Assembly: GCA_963675595.2 (NCBI GenBank)
Contig: CAXXLZ010000002.1
Location: 128,001 to 192,000, forward strand
Length of the DNA stretch: 64,000 nucleotides
Source of the DNA: Thermodesulfobacteriota bacterium
GTDB lineage: Bacteria; Desulfobacterota; Desulfarculia; JACQYL01
Direction: 5' to 3'
Shown: one piece after another, positions 52,942 to 63,532 of the stretch
Position numbering within the stretch: the first letter of the stretch is position 1
Layout: each line of letters begins with the position of its first letter
Translations under genes and position numbers: made by a program
The notes under the pieces: model-generated
Seen by the model: the letters and a program-made list of their open reading frames with translations, nothing else
Databases searched by the model: none
Told to the model about the DNA's origin: nothing

Positions 52942-53261
52942 CAGGTCCGCCTATGCAATGATCCAGTCTGTTGTATTTGTTCACGGGGGGAACTTCTGAA
53001 AAAGTGCCCCCCGTGCGCCCCCCTCTAAACGTTTCAGGCAGACCCCACCGCCTTCGGCGGAGAGGCGCCCTGCATCATGTCTTGTGATCGCCGAAACCGC
53101 CGTTGTATGATGGTGATCGGTTCCATTTTGCAGGCAGCCTCATTGCCGCGTCAGGATGCAGGGATCGTTGGAAATTCAAGAGAAAGCCCGTTCCGATTTG
53201 GACGGGGAACGCTGCAGGGCGTCCTGCTCCCTTCGGTCAACCGTATATCGGGAGATGAACC

Positions 53262-53468
53262 ATGAGAGAGTTCAGCGTCATCATTGAAAGGGATGAGGAG
53301 GGTTTTTTCGTCGCCTCGGTCCCGGCCCTTCCGGGATGCCATACTCAGGCCAAGTCTCTCGACACCTTGATGAAAAGGATCAAAGAAGCCATTGAGCTGT
53401 GCCTTGAGGTGGAACAACCCGTATCCAACGAATTCATCGGCGTCCAAAAAGTCGCCGTCGGTTCATGA
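53262..53468 (+). CDS. hicB: HicB-family antitoxin (short)
   Basis: VPALPGCHTQA...IKEAIELCLE. Confidence 0.88.
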   Translation: MREFSVIIERDEEGFFVASVPALPGCHTQAKSLDTLMKRIKEAIELCLEVEQPVSNEFIGVQKVAVGS

Positions 53469-53689
53469 CCGATTTTCCATCCCTAACCGGCGGTCGGCTC
53501 ATCCGAGTGCTACGCAAATTCGGATTCCAAGTGATTCGAGTGAAGGGAAGCCATCACTTCCTTCAACATGAAGACGGTCGCCGCACCGTGGTGCCTCTGC
53601 ACCGGGGAGAGATCATCGGTCCCGGCCTGCTTGCCCGAGTTTTGCGGAACTGCGAACTCTCCAAGGAAGAACTTCGAGAGAAGCTCTAA
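53465..53689 (+). CDS. hicA: HicA-family toxin
   Basis: LRKFGF...KGSH...VVPLH...GLLARVL; ATGA coupling to hicB. Confidence 0.88.
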   Translation: MTDFPSLTGGRLIRVLRKFGFQVIRVKGSHHFLQHEDGRRTVVPLHRGEIIGPGLLARVLRNCELSKEELREKL

Positions 53690-53732
53690 ATGAACTCGGC
53701 AATTCACCATACCGATGCATGGAGGCGACGGT

Positions 53733-53966
53733 ATGACCATCCGCAAGAAAACAACCACGGTCTATCTGGATCCCGTGATCCATACCGCCTTGAAGAAGAA
53801 GGCGTCCGAAACGTCCCGATCCCTGTCCGACCTCGTCAATGAGGTCCTTGAACGAACTCTCGCCGAGGACGCGGAGGACCTGTCCGCCTTTGAACAAAGG
53901 GCGGACGAACCCTTGCTCACCTACGATAAGATGCTGAAAAGGCCCAAGGACGCCGGCTGGATATAG
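53733..53966 (+). CDS. CopG/RHH-family antitoxin-like protein
   Basis: TTVYLDP...ALKKKA...SLSDLVNE...EDAEDL. Confidence 0.75.
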   Translation: MTIRKKTTTVYLDPVIHTALKKKASETSRSLSDLVNEVLERTLAEDAEDLSAFEQRADEPLLTYDKMLKRPKDAGWI

Positions 53967-55963
53967 GGTGTCCTTCCGAGTGCCCGTAAGATAGAAGCCG
54001 TTATCCTCCACGGGATGAGACGCCCCCTCCCCTTTCCACATCATCAGCCCGTCAACCAACGCCTCCCGGGATCGCCGAGCCCCAGCTCGGCAAACCCTAT
54101 TCCATCCATCCGCCAAACCTTCAGGGCCGCTCGTCCTTGTTCAATCGTTCCTATTCACACAGTCGCCGGGAGGACGCCGGCAATGGGGTCACAGCGGAAA
54201 AGGTGGGCCTTCGGCCGTCTCTCGGGCAGGCACTATGGCCTGCCCCTACAATAGACGAGTTCCCCCCCTGAAGGATTGCTTTCAAAGAGCAACCTCCCGA
54301 CCTCTCATGGGTCAATCAACAACGACTCAATTCACAACCCCCTGAACGCCTACCATCCCCTCCTTCCACATCATCAGACCGTCGCCCAACGCCCCCCCTG
54401 GGATCGCCGAGCCCCAGCTCGGCAAACCCTATTCCATCCATCCGCCAAACAGCCAGAGTCGCTCACGCTTGTTCCATCTGATGCGGAGCGGACCCTACTG
54501 GTTGGCTGCGCGATTGTCTGCGGAGCTTGGTGCCGAGCCGGCATTCGGCGCTCCCAGGACAAACCCAACCACGCTATGTACGCGCAAGGGACGGAACGAA
54601 CCCTCGCTCACCTGCGATGAGATGCTGAAAAGGCCCAAGGACGCCGGCTGGATATAGGGTGTCCTTCCGAGTGCCCGTAAGATAGAAGCCGTTATCCTCC
54701 ACGGGACGGGACGCCCCCTCCCCTTTCCACATCATCAGCCCGTCAACCAACGCCCCCCGGGATCGCCGAGCCCCAGCTCGGCAAACCCTATTCCATCCAT
54801 CCGCCAAACAGCCAGAGTCGCTCACGCTTGTTCCGTCTGATGCGGAGCGGACCCTACCGGTTGGCTGCGCGATTGTCTGCGGAGCTTGGTGCCGAGCTGG
54901 GGCTCGGCGCTCCCAGGACAAACCCAACCACGCTATGTACGCGCAAGGAACGGAACGAACCCTCGCTCACCTATGATGAGATGCTGAAAAGGCCCAAGGA
55001 CGCCGGCCGGATATAGGGTGTCCTTCCGAGTGCCCGTAAGAGAAGAGCCGTTATCCTTCACGGGACGGGACGCCCCCGCTCCTCCCACATCATCAGCCCG
55101 CCGCCAAACGCCCCCCGGGATCGCCGAGCCCCAGCTCGGCAAACCCTATTCCATCCATCCGTCAAACAGCCAGAGTCGCTCACGCTTGTTCCGTCTGATG
55201 CGGAGCGGGCCTTACCGGTTGGCTGCGCGATTGTCTGCGGAGCTTGGTGCCGAGCTGGGGCTCGGCGCTCCCAGGACAAACCCAACCACGCTATGTACGC
55301 GCAAGGAACGGAACGAACCCTCGCTCACCTGCGATGAGATACTGAAAAGGCCCAAGGACGCCGGCTGGATATAGGGTGTCCTTCCGAGTGCCCGTAAGAG
55401 AAGAGCCGTTATCCTACACGGGATAAGACGCCCCCTCCCCTTTCCACATCATCAGCCCGCCGCCAAACGCCCCCCGGGATCGCCGAGCCCCAGCTCGGCA
55501 AACCCTATTTCATCCATCCGCCAAACCTTCAGGGCCGCTCACGCTTGTTCAATCTGATGCGGAGCGGACCCTACTACTGGTTGGCTGCGCGATTGTCTGC
55601 GGAGCTTGGTGCCGAGCCGGCATTCGGCGCTCCCAGGACAAACCCAACCACGCTATGAGCGTGCAAGGGAAGGGACGAACAGTTGGTTGCGAGGAATGGC
55701 GGTAGACATACCGTGAAGCCTACCGATGGATAATGCTTTTTCGGAGATCAGTCGAATAGGAAATTTGGGCGGGCCACACCGCCTCCGGCGGAGAGGCTCT
55801 CGGCGGCAAGACATCTCAGGGCTCTGAAGCCTTCCGACCCGGCCCGCTGCCACAGGAGAAGAACCCGAGACGCCCTTCACGGGATGAGACGCCCCTCCCC
55901 TTTCCACATCATCACCCCGTCGCCGAACGGCCCCCCTGGGATCGCCGAGCCCCAGCTCGGCAA
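53905..55963. repeat. Tandem ~359-bp repeat array with inverted REP pairs
   Basis: Anchor AT(G/A)CTGAAAAGGCCCAAGG at 53931, 54622, 54981, 55339; units carry GGATCGCCGAGCCCCAGCTCGGCA and an inverted copy. Confidence 0.9.
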
Positions 55964-56282
55964 CAACACGCGAAAGATACGGAACGAATCCGGGATCGCA
56001 TCCAGACCGTCGGACCTTCCTCCCTCAGGCATTCCCTTCACCCGCAGCTTCACCCACTTTCGGCCCCCCGCTGAAACACAAAAAACGAATTCGCCGGCAT
56101 TTCTCATGACATTCATGAGTGGAGCTCATGGATTTCATGAGGCCAAAACCATGGATCCGCCTATTGTCATCCGTGAGAAAGTCGGTGTATGATAATCAAT
56201 GTTCCCGAAATAGTCTTAAAAGACCGGCATTCCCATTGATTTCCAACAGTGGTTCTGCCGCATGAGCACCGGAAGACGTAGG

Positions 56283-56484
56283 ATGAGAGTATTCAGCATC
56301 ATCGCGATGGATCTGGACGGCGTCTTGGTCGCCTCGGTCCCGGCCCTTCGCGGCTGTCATACGCAGGCCAAGTCCCTGGCACCTTGATGAAAAGGACCCA
56401 AGAGGCCGTTGCGCTGTGCCTTGAGGTGGAACAACGATTCTTAGGTCAATCCATTGGCACGCAAAACGAGGCCGTTGGTTCAGG
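56283..56484 (+). pseudogene. hicB: Degenerate second hicB copy
   Basis: Nucleotide match to 53262-53468 (GTCGCCTCGGTCCCGGCCCTT...CAGGCCAAGTC) with indels. Confidence 0.7.
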
Positions 56485-57045
56485 ATCGATTCTCCAACGC
56501 CGATGAACGATGGGTAGATCAGAGCGTTACACCGATGCCAAAACCAATGTTGGCAAAGTCACTCAGGGGTATTCACCGTTGCCAGGGGTAGAAAAGACTG
56601 TACAGGGGTAATCTGTATGGTGTCCCCATATTATATGCCATAGTCTACTATCTATTGCGAAAAATATCGAAATACCCAGTTTTCTACCAACTGTCACAAA
56701 AACTGCCACACCCTTCATTATTAGGCCTATTATCATTTTTTTATTATATCCATTAAAGATACTCATACAGTTCTAACATAATCAAAATCTCCTTTTTTTA
56801 TCCGCTTCAATACCAAACTGTAGAGGTATTGTATAATGTCATCCAATGTCTTTGAGCTATATAATATAGAACAATTTGGCAACCTTCTCCTAGTAATCAC
56901 ATTTATCCTATTACTGGCTCCATACATAGGCGGAATAAAATTGGGACTCGTCGATATCCCCAAGTTCCCACCAGCAATACGCAAGAAGCTCAAACTGTTT
57001 GGCCCGGTTTCATTTATATTAGTTTTTGCACTACATATTGTTGAA

Positions 57046-58595
57046 CTAGAGTTTAGAGCCATGCGGGGCAGCCAAGTTTGTATAGAAGAGCATAGTTCTC
57101 CAAGACGGGTTGAATACCGTTGACGTAAGGCTTTGAGATGATTGACTGAACACGGATATCAGGCAGCGCGCCCCAAGTCTTCCGGAGAATCGGTGAATTC
57201 CGGTTGGAATTTTTTGGATTTCCGGTTCCACATGGCTCGCACGTTTAAGTTGCCGAAAAGACGACCGATGGCTGCGGCCATCCAGCCGGCGGTGGCGGGC
57301 CTGTTCTTTCTCCAAGGGATTGGAAACATCGTATAGGCCGCGTTGGGACCCAGGCAGAGCGCCAAGAGCCGTGGCAAGCCGTAGGCCAGGCACAAGATCA
57401 TGCTCCATCGAGCCAATGTCTGCCGTGTCTGCTGCCAAGCATTTTTCAGTCCGAACAGGTGCTTGATCTCGTTGAACATGGGCTCGGTCCACCATCGTCG
57501 TGCATAGCGTGTAATCACTTCCGCGCCGTCCATGTCGGGATCGGTACTGATCAGAAGATGCCAATCGGACCAAGAGGGGTTGTCGGACATAAACCGGCAC
57601 CACACGATCTTGCACAACCGGCCGTCCAGGAAGCGGACTTTGGCTTTGGTTTGGTAGAACTGGAAAACTCGTTCCGAGCCGTAGGCAAAGAGGGTTTTCT
57701 CCACCGGACGACAGAATCGTCCGATGTTTTCCAACGTGAGTTTTTCCCCATACTTTCTGGGTCTGCCCCGTTTCTTCCGAGGCGGATTGTCCGGAGGCAA
57801 AAACAGGGCGGTATCTTTGCGGACTTGGCCGATGACCGTCACACCATCGCGAATCAGGGGAACCACCAGGGAGCTTTTCATATACCAGGCATCGAGCAGC
57901 AGAATAATGAGAAAGCGATCCGGCAGCCAAGTCATGAGAACGGACATCAAGAGCCGCGCCGCGTCCAGTTTGGTGGTGTTCCCTTTTTTGCGGATGAGCC
58001 GAAACAAGAGGGGAAACGCGGCTACCCGGCCCTTGTGGCGGCAGATGACAGCCAGAGAAACCCGAAGCTGTCCCCACAGGAATTTGGGGCGGTTGGGCCG
58101 GTGCGCGTGATCGTAATGCCAACCGGCGCAGGGAGCTTTCTTGGACGATCTGGGCAAAGGGAAGTCGTCTATGGCGAACTCGATGGATCGGTTTGGAATC
58201 CGTTTCAGGATCAGGCGCATCCATTGCCGGGCTAGCGCAAGCCATTGGAATCGGCCCTTTTCGATGGCCTTGTAATAGGCGGTCCAGGACAACTGGGGCC
58301 GAACGGCCAGAAGCGCGGAAGAAATATGGCCGCCGCGGCAGACCATACATCCCATCAGGAGTTCCAGAAGAGTCGGAGCTATTCTGCACGGAACGGCCTG
58401 AAATAGAAAGGAAATCCACTGCGATAGGAGCATAAGTGCTTGAGCCGTCGAATCCATTGGTTGACCCCCAAGGAAAGGTTTCTTTCCTTAAAGGGCCGCC
58501 AAAGGCGGCCGCGCATCCGCGCGGCAATGTCAAGTACTTTGTTGTCTTTATTCGCATTTTTCCTATACCAAGGGTCGCCAGACTCTAAACTCTAG
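57046..58595 (-). mobile_element. Insertion sequence (1550 bp), IS4/IS701-like
   Basis: 13-bp TIR CTAGAGTTTAGAG; 8-bp direct repeat TTGTTGAA at 57038-57045 and 58596-58603. Confidence 0.9.
57159..58457 (-). CDS. DDE transposase (IS701/IS4-like)
   Basis: AIDD, LLDAWY, YARRWWTEPMFNEIK. Confidence 0.9.
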   Translation of the reverse strand: MDSTAQALMLLSQWISFLFQAVPCRIAPTLLELLMGCMVCRGGHISSALLAVRPQLSWTAYYKAIEKGRFQWLALARQWMRLILKRIPNRSIEFAIDDFPLPRSSKKAPCAGWHYDHAHRPNRPKFLWGQLRVSLAVICRHKGRVAAFPLLFRLIRKKGNTTKLDAARLLMSVLMTWLPDRFLIILLLDAWYMKSSLVVPLIRDGVTVIGQVRKDTALFLPPDNPPRKKRGRPRKYGEKLTLENIGRFCRPVEKTLFAYGSERVFQFYQTKAKVRFLDGRLCKIVWCRFMSDNPSWSDWHLLISTDPDMDGAEVITRYARRWWTEPMFNEIKHLFGLKNAWQQTRQTLARWSMILCLAYGLPRLLALCLGPNAAYTMFPIPWRKNRPATAGWMAAAIGRLFGNLNVRAMWNRKSKKFQPEFTDSPEDLGRAA

Positions 58596-58694
58596 TTGTT
58601 GAATTCGATACTGATAATATCATGAGGGTTGGTGATGTCATTGGGACTAATATACTAATAATAATAAAATAGCTCAATTATTGGAGGTAGCGTT

Positions 58695-59555
58695 ATGGTT
58701 AGACTGATGATTTCTTTTATCATTATCCTGCTTTCCCAGAACATCTCATTCGCCCAAGACACAAGGTTACATGAATTTGTAGATGGGGAGATACTCAGAT
58801 CTGGTGATTTGAACGGTAATTTCAAGGCACTTATAGAGCTTATCAAAAAACAGCAAAACCGAATATCAAGCCTTGAAAATACTATGCTACCAAAGGAGAC
58901 CGCAAAAAAAACCTATTTGACGGAAAAGGATGTGCAAAACAAATTCATAAAGAAGAGCGTAGCGCCGCTGCTTTCTCAGGTTCGACCAGGAACAATCCTT
59001 GCGTACGCCGGGACTATCGATCAAAATGTTCAGGAAATCTTAAGGAAGTCAGGTTGGCTGCTGTGCCATGGAGACGAACTCAGAAAAAGCGATTATCGCG
59101 ACTTGTACAAAGCCATAGGAGATAACTGGGGTAAGCCAACCGATTCGGGCGATTTCAAGCTTCCCGATCTCAGAGGCCTCTTTCTGAGAGGTGTCAACCA
59201 AGATCGGAATGATCTATTTAAAGACCCTCAAGCAATGATAAGGAAGCAAGTAGACGGCTCACAGCACCCATCTCCCAATCAACCCGGATCGTTTCAGGAA
59301 TATGCAACCGCATCACCACGGAACTCCTTTAAGGCTGACGACGCCGGCGCACATACGCATACGATGCAGAGAGTTCTAATAAGCGGAGAGGTTCATGATG
59401 ATAGTAAAGATCTCCAGACTAATGCTGGAGGCTATCGGGCACATTGGGACGATAAGGGAACCTCATCAGATGGTCGACATCATCACAGTATCAGCGGTGG
59501 CGACCTGGAGACTAGACCAAATAACGCCTATGTTGAATGGATAATTAAATTCTGA
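58695..59555 (+). CDS. Signal-peptide protein with phage tail-collar domain
   Basis: GTILAYAG...GWLLCHG...LYKAIG...FKLPDLRGLFLRG; ETRPNN. Confidence 0.8.
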   Translation: MVRLMISFIIILLSQNISFAQDTRLHEFVDGEILRSGDLNGNFKALIELIKKQQNRISSLENTMLPKETAKKTYLTEKDVQNKFIKKSVAPLLSQVRPGTILAYAGTIDQNVQEILRKSGWLLCHGDELRKSDYRDLYKAIGDNWGKPTDSGDFKLPDLRGLFLRGVNQDRNDLFKDPQAMIRKQVDGSQHPSPNQPGSFQEYATASPRNSFKADDAGAHTHTMQRVLISGEVHDDSKDLQTNAGGYRAHWDDKGTSSDGRHHHSISGGDLETRPNNAYVEWIIKF

Positions 59556-59701
59556 CGTGGCATGACATAGGGAACTGAGCCTCAGGATAGCAAATCCTTA
59601 CGGCTCTGAAAATATAAAACGGCATAACCTTCACTCACATGGATAATGAAAACAGCCCATAGGGCCCATTCCAAAGGCATCTCGAACGCGAGTTTGACAA
59701 A

Positions 59702-62700
59702 TTGGTACATATTCTCGATATCACAGGTGATGATATAGCACTTCTTGACGATACGGACCTTCGGACACTGATCGGCCTATTGTGCGAAGCGGACTACCGT
59801 TCGGCGGGCCTCCCAACCAAAGACATAATATGGGGCGGCCATCAAGATGCACCGGACGGTGGACTTGATGTGGTCGTTAAAGGGACAATATTACCACCGC
59901 CGAACAGCTCTATCCCTCGATCCGAAACCGGTTTTCAGGTCAAGAAGAGCGACATGCCGAAGAGGAAGATCATAGATGAAATGAAACCTAAAGGTGTCTT
60001 TAGAGATGACATCAGGAACCTCGCTGATAAGAACGGAGCCTACATTATAGTCAGCTCGAATGGATCAACCACGTCTAAGGCATTAAAATCCCGGATTGAT
60101 GCCATGAAAGAGGCAGTCAGGGGGGAACTGAACGAGGAGGATATCTTCCTCGACTTCTATGACCGAGGTCGAATCGCAACTTGGATACGTTCACATCCAT
60201 CGCTGGTTTTATGGGTTCGCGGTAAGATCGGTAAGTCTCTATTTGGCTGGCATCCCTATGAAAACTGGGCGAACCCACCCGGAGGTACCAACGAAGAGTA
60301 TTTGTTGGATGAGGAAATGAGGCTGGATGAACGACCCAGGAGCAAAGACGGAGAAATGTCCATCAAAGACGGTTTGGAGAGGCTCCGAAAAACCCTGTCA
60401 AACCCGGGAAGTTCGGTGCGCTTGACCGGCTTGTCGGGAGTTGGCAAGACACGGCTGGTTCAGGCACTTTTTGATGACAGGGTGGGCCAAAATGCACTTA
60501 ATCCCTCACAGGCTATTTACACAGACACTGCAGATAGTCCATCTCCCGCGCCGCTCGCCTTCGCTGAGAGCATAAAGGCAGAGAAGAAGCGGGCGATACT
60601 GATTGTTGATAATTGCCCACCTGACCTACATCGCCGTTTGACTAAAACCTGCTACACAAGCGACGTCAGCATACTCACAGTCGAATACGACATTCGTGAA
60701 GATATTCCAGAAGAAACAAGAGTGTTCATCCTGAAGCCGTCCAGTGAAAAGGTTATTGAACAACTAATAAGAAATCGCTTCACGCAAATCAGCCATGTCA
60801 ATGCGCGAACAATAGGGGAGTTCTCCGGCGGGAACGCACGCGTGGCTATTGCCCTTGCCCACACGGTGGAAAGAGGCGAAACCTTATCAGGGTTCAGCGA
60901 CGAAGACTTATTTGAGAGACTCTTCCGACAGCGGCATGATTCCAACACTGATCTGCTTGTTTCTGCGGAAGCTTGCTCACTTGTATACTCGTTTGAAGGT
61001 ACGGATGTGGATTCAGAAGCATCAGAGATTCTGCTTCTGGCATCGCTCATTGGGAAATCGGCTGCCGAGCTGTACAGAGATGTCGCGAAGCTTGGGGAAC
61101 GCGGCCTGATACAATCCAGAGGCCAATGGAGGGCCTTGCTACCCCATGCAATCGCCAATTGGCTCGCCAAGCGAGCACTCAAAGCCATTCCGAAACAGAC
61201 CATCACTCAATCAATCCTCGGGAGTGGGTCTGAACGATTGATCAAGTCCTTCACCCGCCGTCTTAGCTATCTGGATGGCTGCGAACCGGCGGTCGAGATC
61301 GCAAATGATTGGCTGTCGGAGCACGGATGGATTGGTGAGGCGAACTGCAATTTCAGTGATTTTGGAATGGAAGTGTTCAAGAACCTAGCACCGGTATCAC
61401 CGGAAAAAGCCTTGGAATTAATCGAAAGAGCAGCCAAGTTGGATCACAAAGGCAACCTGTTGTCCCGCGAGAACGCACACTTCTATGATTTTGTCCTCCT
61501 TCTTCGACACATAGCCTATGACCAAGAATTATTTGATAGAAGCGTCAGGCTAATATTACCTTTTGCGATATCCGAGAACCCGGATGAGAAGTATTATTCT
61601 ACACGTAATGTCTTGAAGTCTCTTTTCTCTATTTATCTGTCCGGTACTCGTGCCTCGATAGAATCAAGGGCAAGCATCATCGAAAAATTGGTGGGCTCAG
61701 ATGACTCTGATTCACAAGAAATTGGATTGTTCCTATTAGATGCCACACTTGAAACTTACCACTTCATCTCCGCCTACGAGTTTGAGTTCGGAGCCAGATC
61801 GAGGGATTTTGGCTATGTACCAAGAACGAACAAAGAGGTTATGGGTTGGTATCAATTGTTTATAGGCATTTGCACCCGCCTCGCCCTATCGGGTCGTTCA
61901 ATTGCGCAACGAGCAAGAAAAATTCTGTGCATCCATTTTCGCGGATTATGGACCAACGCAGGAATGTTCAGAGTATTGGAAGAAGAAGTTGCCCGTATCC
62001 ATCAACAGCAGCCATTAAACGAGTGCTGGGCTCCCATCAAAGAAACACTCAAGTATGACGGCGGTAGACTGGAAAAGGACTCATTGGCAGCCCTTAACCG
62101 TCTTGAAAAACTTCTGAGGCCTTCCTCCCTTATCGAACGTGCACGGACCTTCGCATTATCCAGCAGGTATGACATTTTTTGTGTCGCAGACGATTCCTCC
62201 GACAGCCCAAGTCGAAGTCAATCGTTGAACCAAACGGGACAGAATATCCGCGAAATAGGGACTGAGGTTGCTCAAGATATGGATACCTTAGAACTATTGT
62301 TGCCGGAGCTTGTATCTAAGTATGCCCCTGGCCTTCATAGCTTCGGGCTCGGGCTTGCGGATGGCTGCCAAAGCAAAAAAGAGCTATGGCAGAAACTGGT
62401 ATCCCAGCTAAGGAAAACGCCCCGTGAAAACCGAGTATTTAACGTTTTCATGGGATTCCTCGCATCTTGCGCCGAAACTGATCCCGAATTCTGTAACGCG
62501 ACTCTTGACGCTATGATAACCGATGACCTTATGTCGGACTATTTCCCCATTCTCCAAACAGCTGTACCGATTGATAAAGAGGCTGTCGAACGGTTGAGAA
62601 AGGCCTTGGATTATGGTCGAGCGAAACCTGAGACTTTCGGACATATTGCCCAGGTACAACGGCATAAATCCATATGTGACGACGACTTGGCCGATCTCCT

Positions 62701-63532
62701 AGATGTCATGCTCTCAAGAGAAGATGGGATTTACGTTGTTATCCAAATTCTGAAAATGAGGTTTCACGATCCAGATACTGGAACTAACGGTCATTCAACA
62801 AAGTTGATTTCAGTAGCTCACAAAGTCCTTTCTACGTGGTCATTCTTTCGAGAACACAGAAAATACGGCAAGGATGATCACGGCTTAGCTCAATTGTCCA
62901 AGAATACCCTTGATTTTGATTATGATGAGTATATTACAAAGAAGCTATGTCACAATTTCATTAAAGCTTTTCTTACATGGAATGTTCATGCTCACGATTA
63001 TCCAGAATTGCTATCCGTTATTGCCGCCAAGCGGCCAGTCGTTTTTTTGGATATATTTATAGAAGAATATGATATCGGATACGAATTCCATAGAAGGCTG
63101 TCATACGGTGTATCTAATATCCATGAAAATCCGCTTAATCACATTCCGGATTCTACTATCATCTCCTGGTGCAAATCTGATCCGGAATGTCGATATTGTT
63201 TGATAGTAACGTCGTTACAGCTCTTCATAGCGTCGGATGAAACTGCAGAATTGAAGTGGCGACCTATTTTCTTCCTCCTTCTATCAAAAGCGCCTGACTT
63301 AGGCGCTGTTCTCAGCTCTCTTGATGCAACCATTACTCCGCTCTCTTGGTCCGGTTCTCTAGCGGATGTTCTTCAGAAGCGTCTCGTCCTGTTCGAGTCT
63401 TTGTACGAGCATGATGATGCTAAGGTCAGGACTTGGGCAAAAGCACAGTACCTGGCCCTTCAGCAAAAGATCGAAGTAGCACGAGAAGGAGAGGATCGTC
63501 GTAATCGTGCCGATGATTTGACTTTTGAATAA
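59702..63532 (+). CDS. Large PD-(D/E)xK-like nuclease plus STAND-type P-loop NTPase
   Basis: DGGLD...FQVK at the N-terminus; Walker A GLSGVGKT; Walker B LIVDNC; SGGNAR; long C-terminal region. Confidence 0.7.
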   Translation: MVHILDITGDDIALLDDTDLRTLIGLLCEADYRSAGLPTKDIIWGGHQDAPDGGLDVVVKGTILPPPNSSIPRSETGFQVKKSDMPKRKIIDEMKPKGVFRDDIRNLADKNGAYIIVSSNGSTTSKALKSRIDAMKEAVRGELNEEDIFLDFYDRGRIATWIRSHPSLVLWVRGKIGKSLFGWHPYENWANPPGGTNEEYLLDEEMRLDERPRSKDGEMSIKDGLERLRKTLSNPGSSVRLTGLSGVGKTRLVQALFDDRVGQNALNPSQAIYTDTADSPSPAPLAFAESIKAEKKRAILIVDNCPPDLHRRLTKTCYTSDVSILTVEYDIREDIPEETRVFILKPSSEKVIEQLIRNRFTQISHVNARTIGEFSGGNARVAIALAHTVERGETLSGFSDEDLFERLFRQRHDSNTDLLVSAEACSLVYSFEGTDVDSEASEILLLASLIGKSAAELYRDVAKLGERGLIQSRGQWRALLPHAIANWLAKRALKAIPKQTITQSILGSGSERLIKSFTRRLSYLDGCEPAVEIANDWLSEHGWIGEANCNFSDFGMEVFKNLAPVSPEKALELIERAAKLDHKGNLLSRENAHFYDFVLLLRHIAYDQELFDRSVRLILPFAISENPDEKYYSTRNVLKSLFSIYLSGTRASIESRASIIEKLVGSDDSDSQEIGLFLLDATLETYHFISAYEFEFGARSRDFGYVPRTNKEVMGWYQLFIGICTRLALSGRSIAQRARKILCIHFRGLWTNAGMFRVLEEEVARIHQQQPLNECWAPIKETLKYDGGRLEKDSLAALNRLEKLLRPSSLIERARTFALSSRYDIFCVADDSSDSPSRSQSLNQTGQNIREIGTEVAQDMDTLELLLPELVSKYAPGLHSFGLGLADGCQSKKELWQKLVSQLRKTPRENRVFNVFMGFLASCAETDPEFCNATLDAMITDDLMSDYFPILQTAVPIDKEAVERLRKALDYGRAKPETFGHIAQVQRHKSICDDDLADLLDVMLSREDGIYVVIQILKMRFHDPDTGTNGHSTKLISVAHKVLSTWSFFREHRKYGKDDHGLAQLSKNTLDFDYDEYITKKLCHNFIKAFLTWNVHAHDYPELLSVIAAKRPVVFLDIFIEEYDIGYEFHRRLSYGVSNIHENPLNHIPDSTIISWCKSDPECRYCLIVTSLQLFIASDETAELKWRPIFFLLLSKAPDLGAVLSSLDATITPLSWSGSLADVLQKRLVLFESLYEHDDAKVRTWAKAQYLALQQKIEVAREGEDRRNRADDLTFE

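Larger units (their letters stand above)
44889..53070. repeat. Dispersed intergenic REP/MITE-like palindrome family (span of the main cluster)
   Basis: GGGGGAACTTTT/AAAAGTTCCCCC-type palindromes near 44901, 47233, 50367, 51279, 51391, 52984; GCCTCACCGCC-TTC-GGCGGAGAGGC hairpins near 47289, 50423, 51338, 53045 (also 55773). Confidence 0.8.
56836..58672 (+). pseudogene. Small membrane protein gene interrupted by the IS
   Basis: 56836-57045 joins in frame to 58604-58672 after removing the IS and one TSD copy (92 aa). Confidence 0.55.

Noticed and set aside
54469-55374. Repeated 62-118 aa ORFs ending in KRPKDAGWI/RI
   Set aside because: They are by-products of the tandem repeat carrying the copG 3' end, with no clear RBS.
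53905-55963. CRISPR array
   Set aside because: Whole units repeat with no unique spacers, and there are no cas genes.
59556-59701. Integron attC site (GCATAAC)
   Set aside because: No matching GTTRRRY arm and no integrase.
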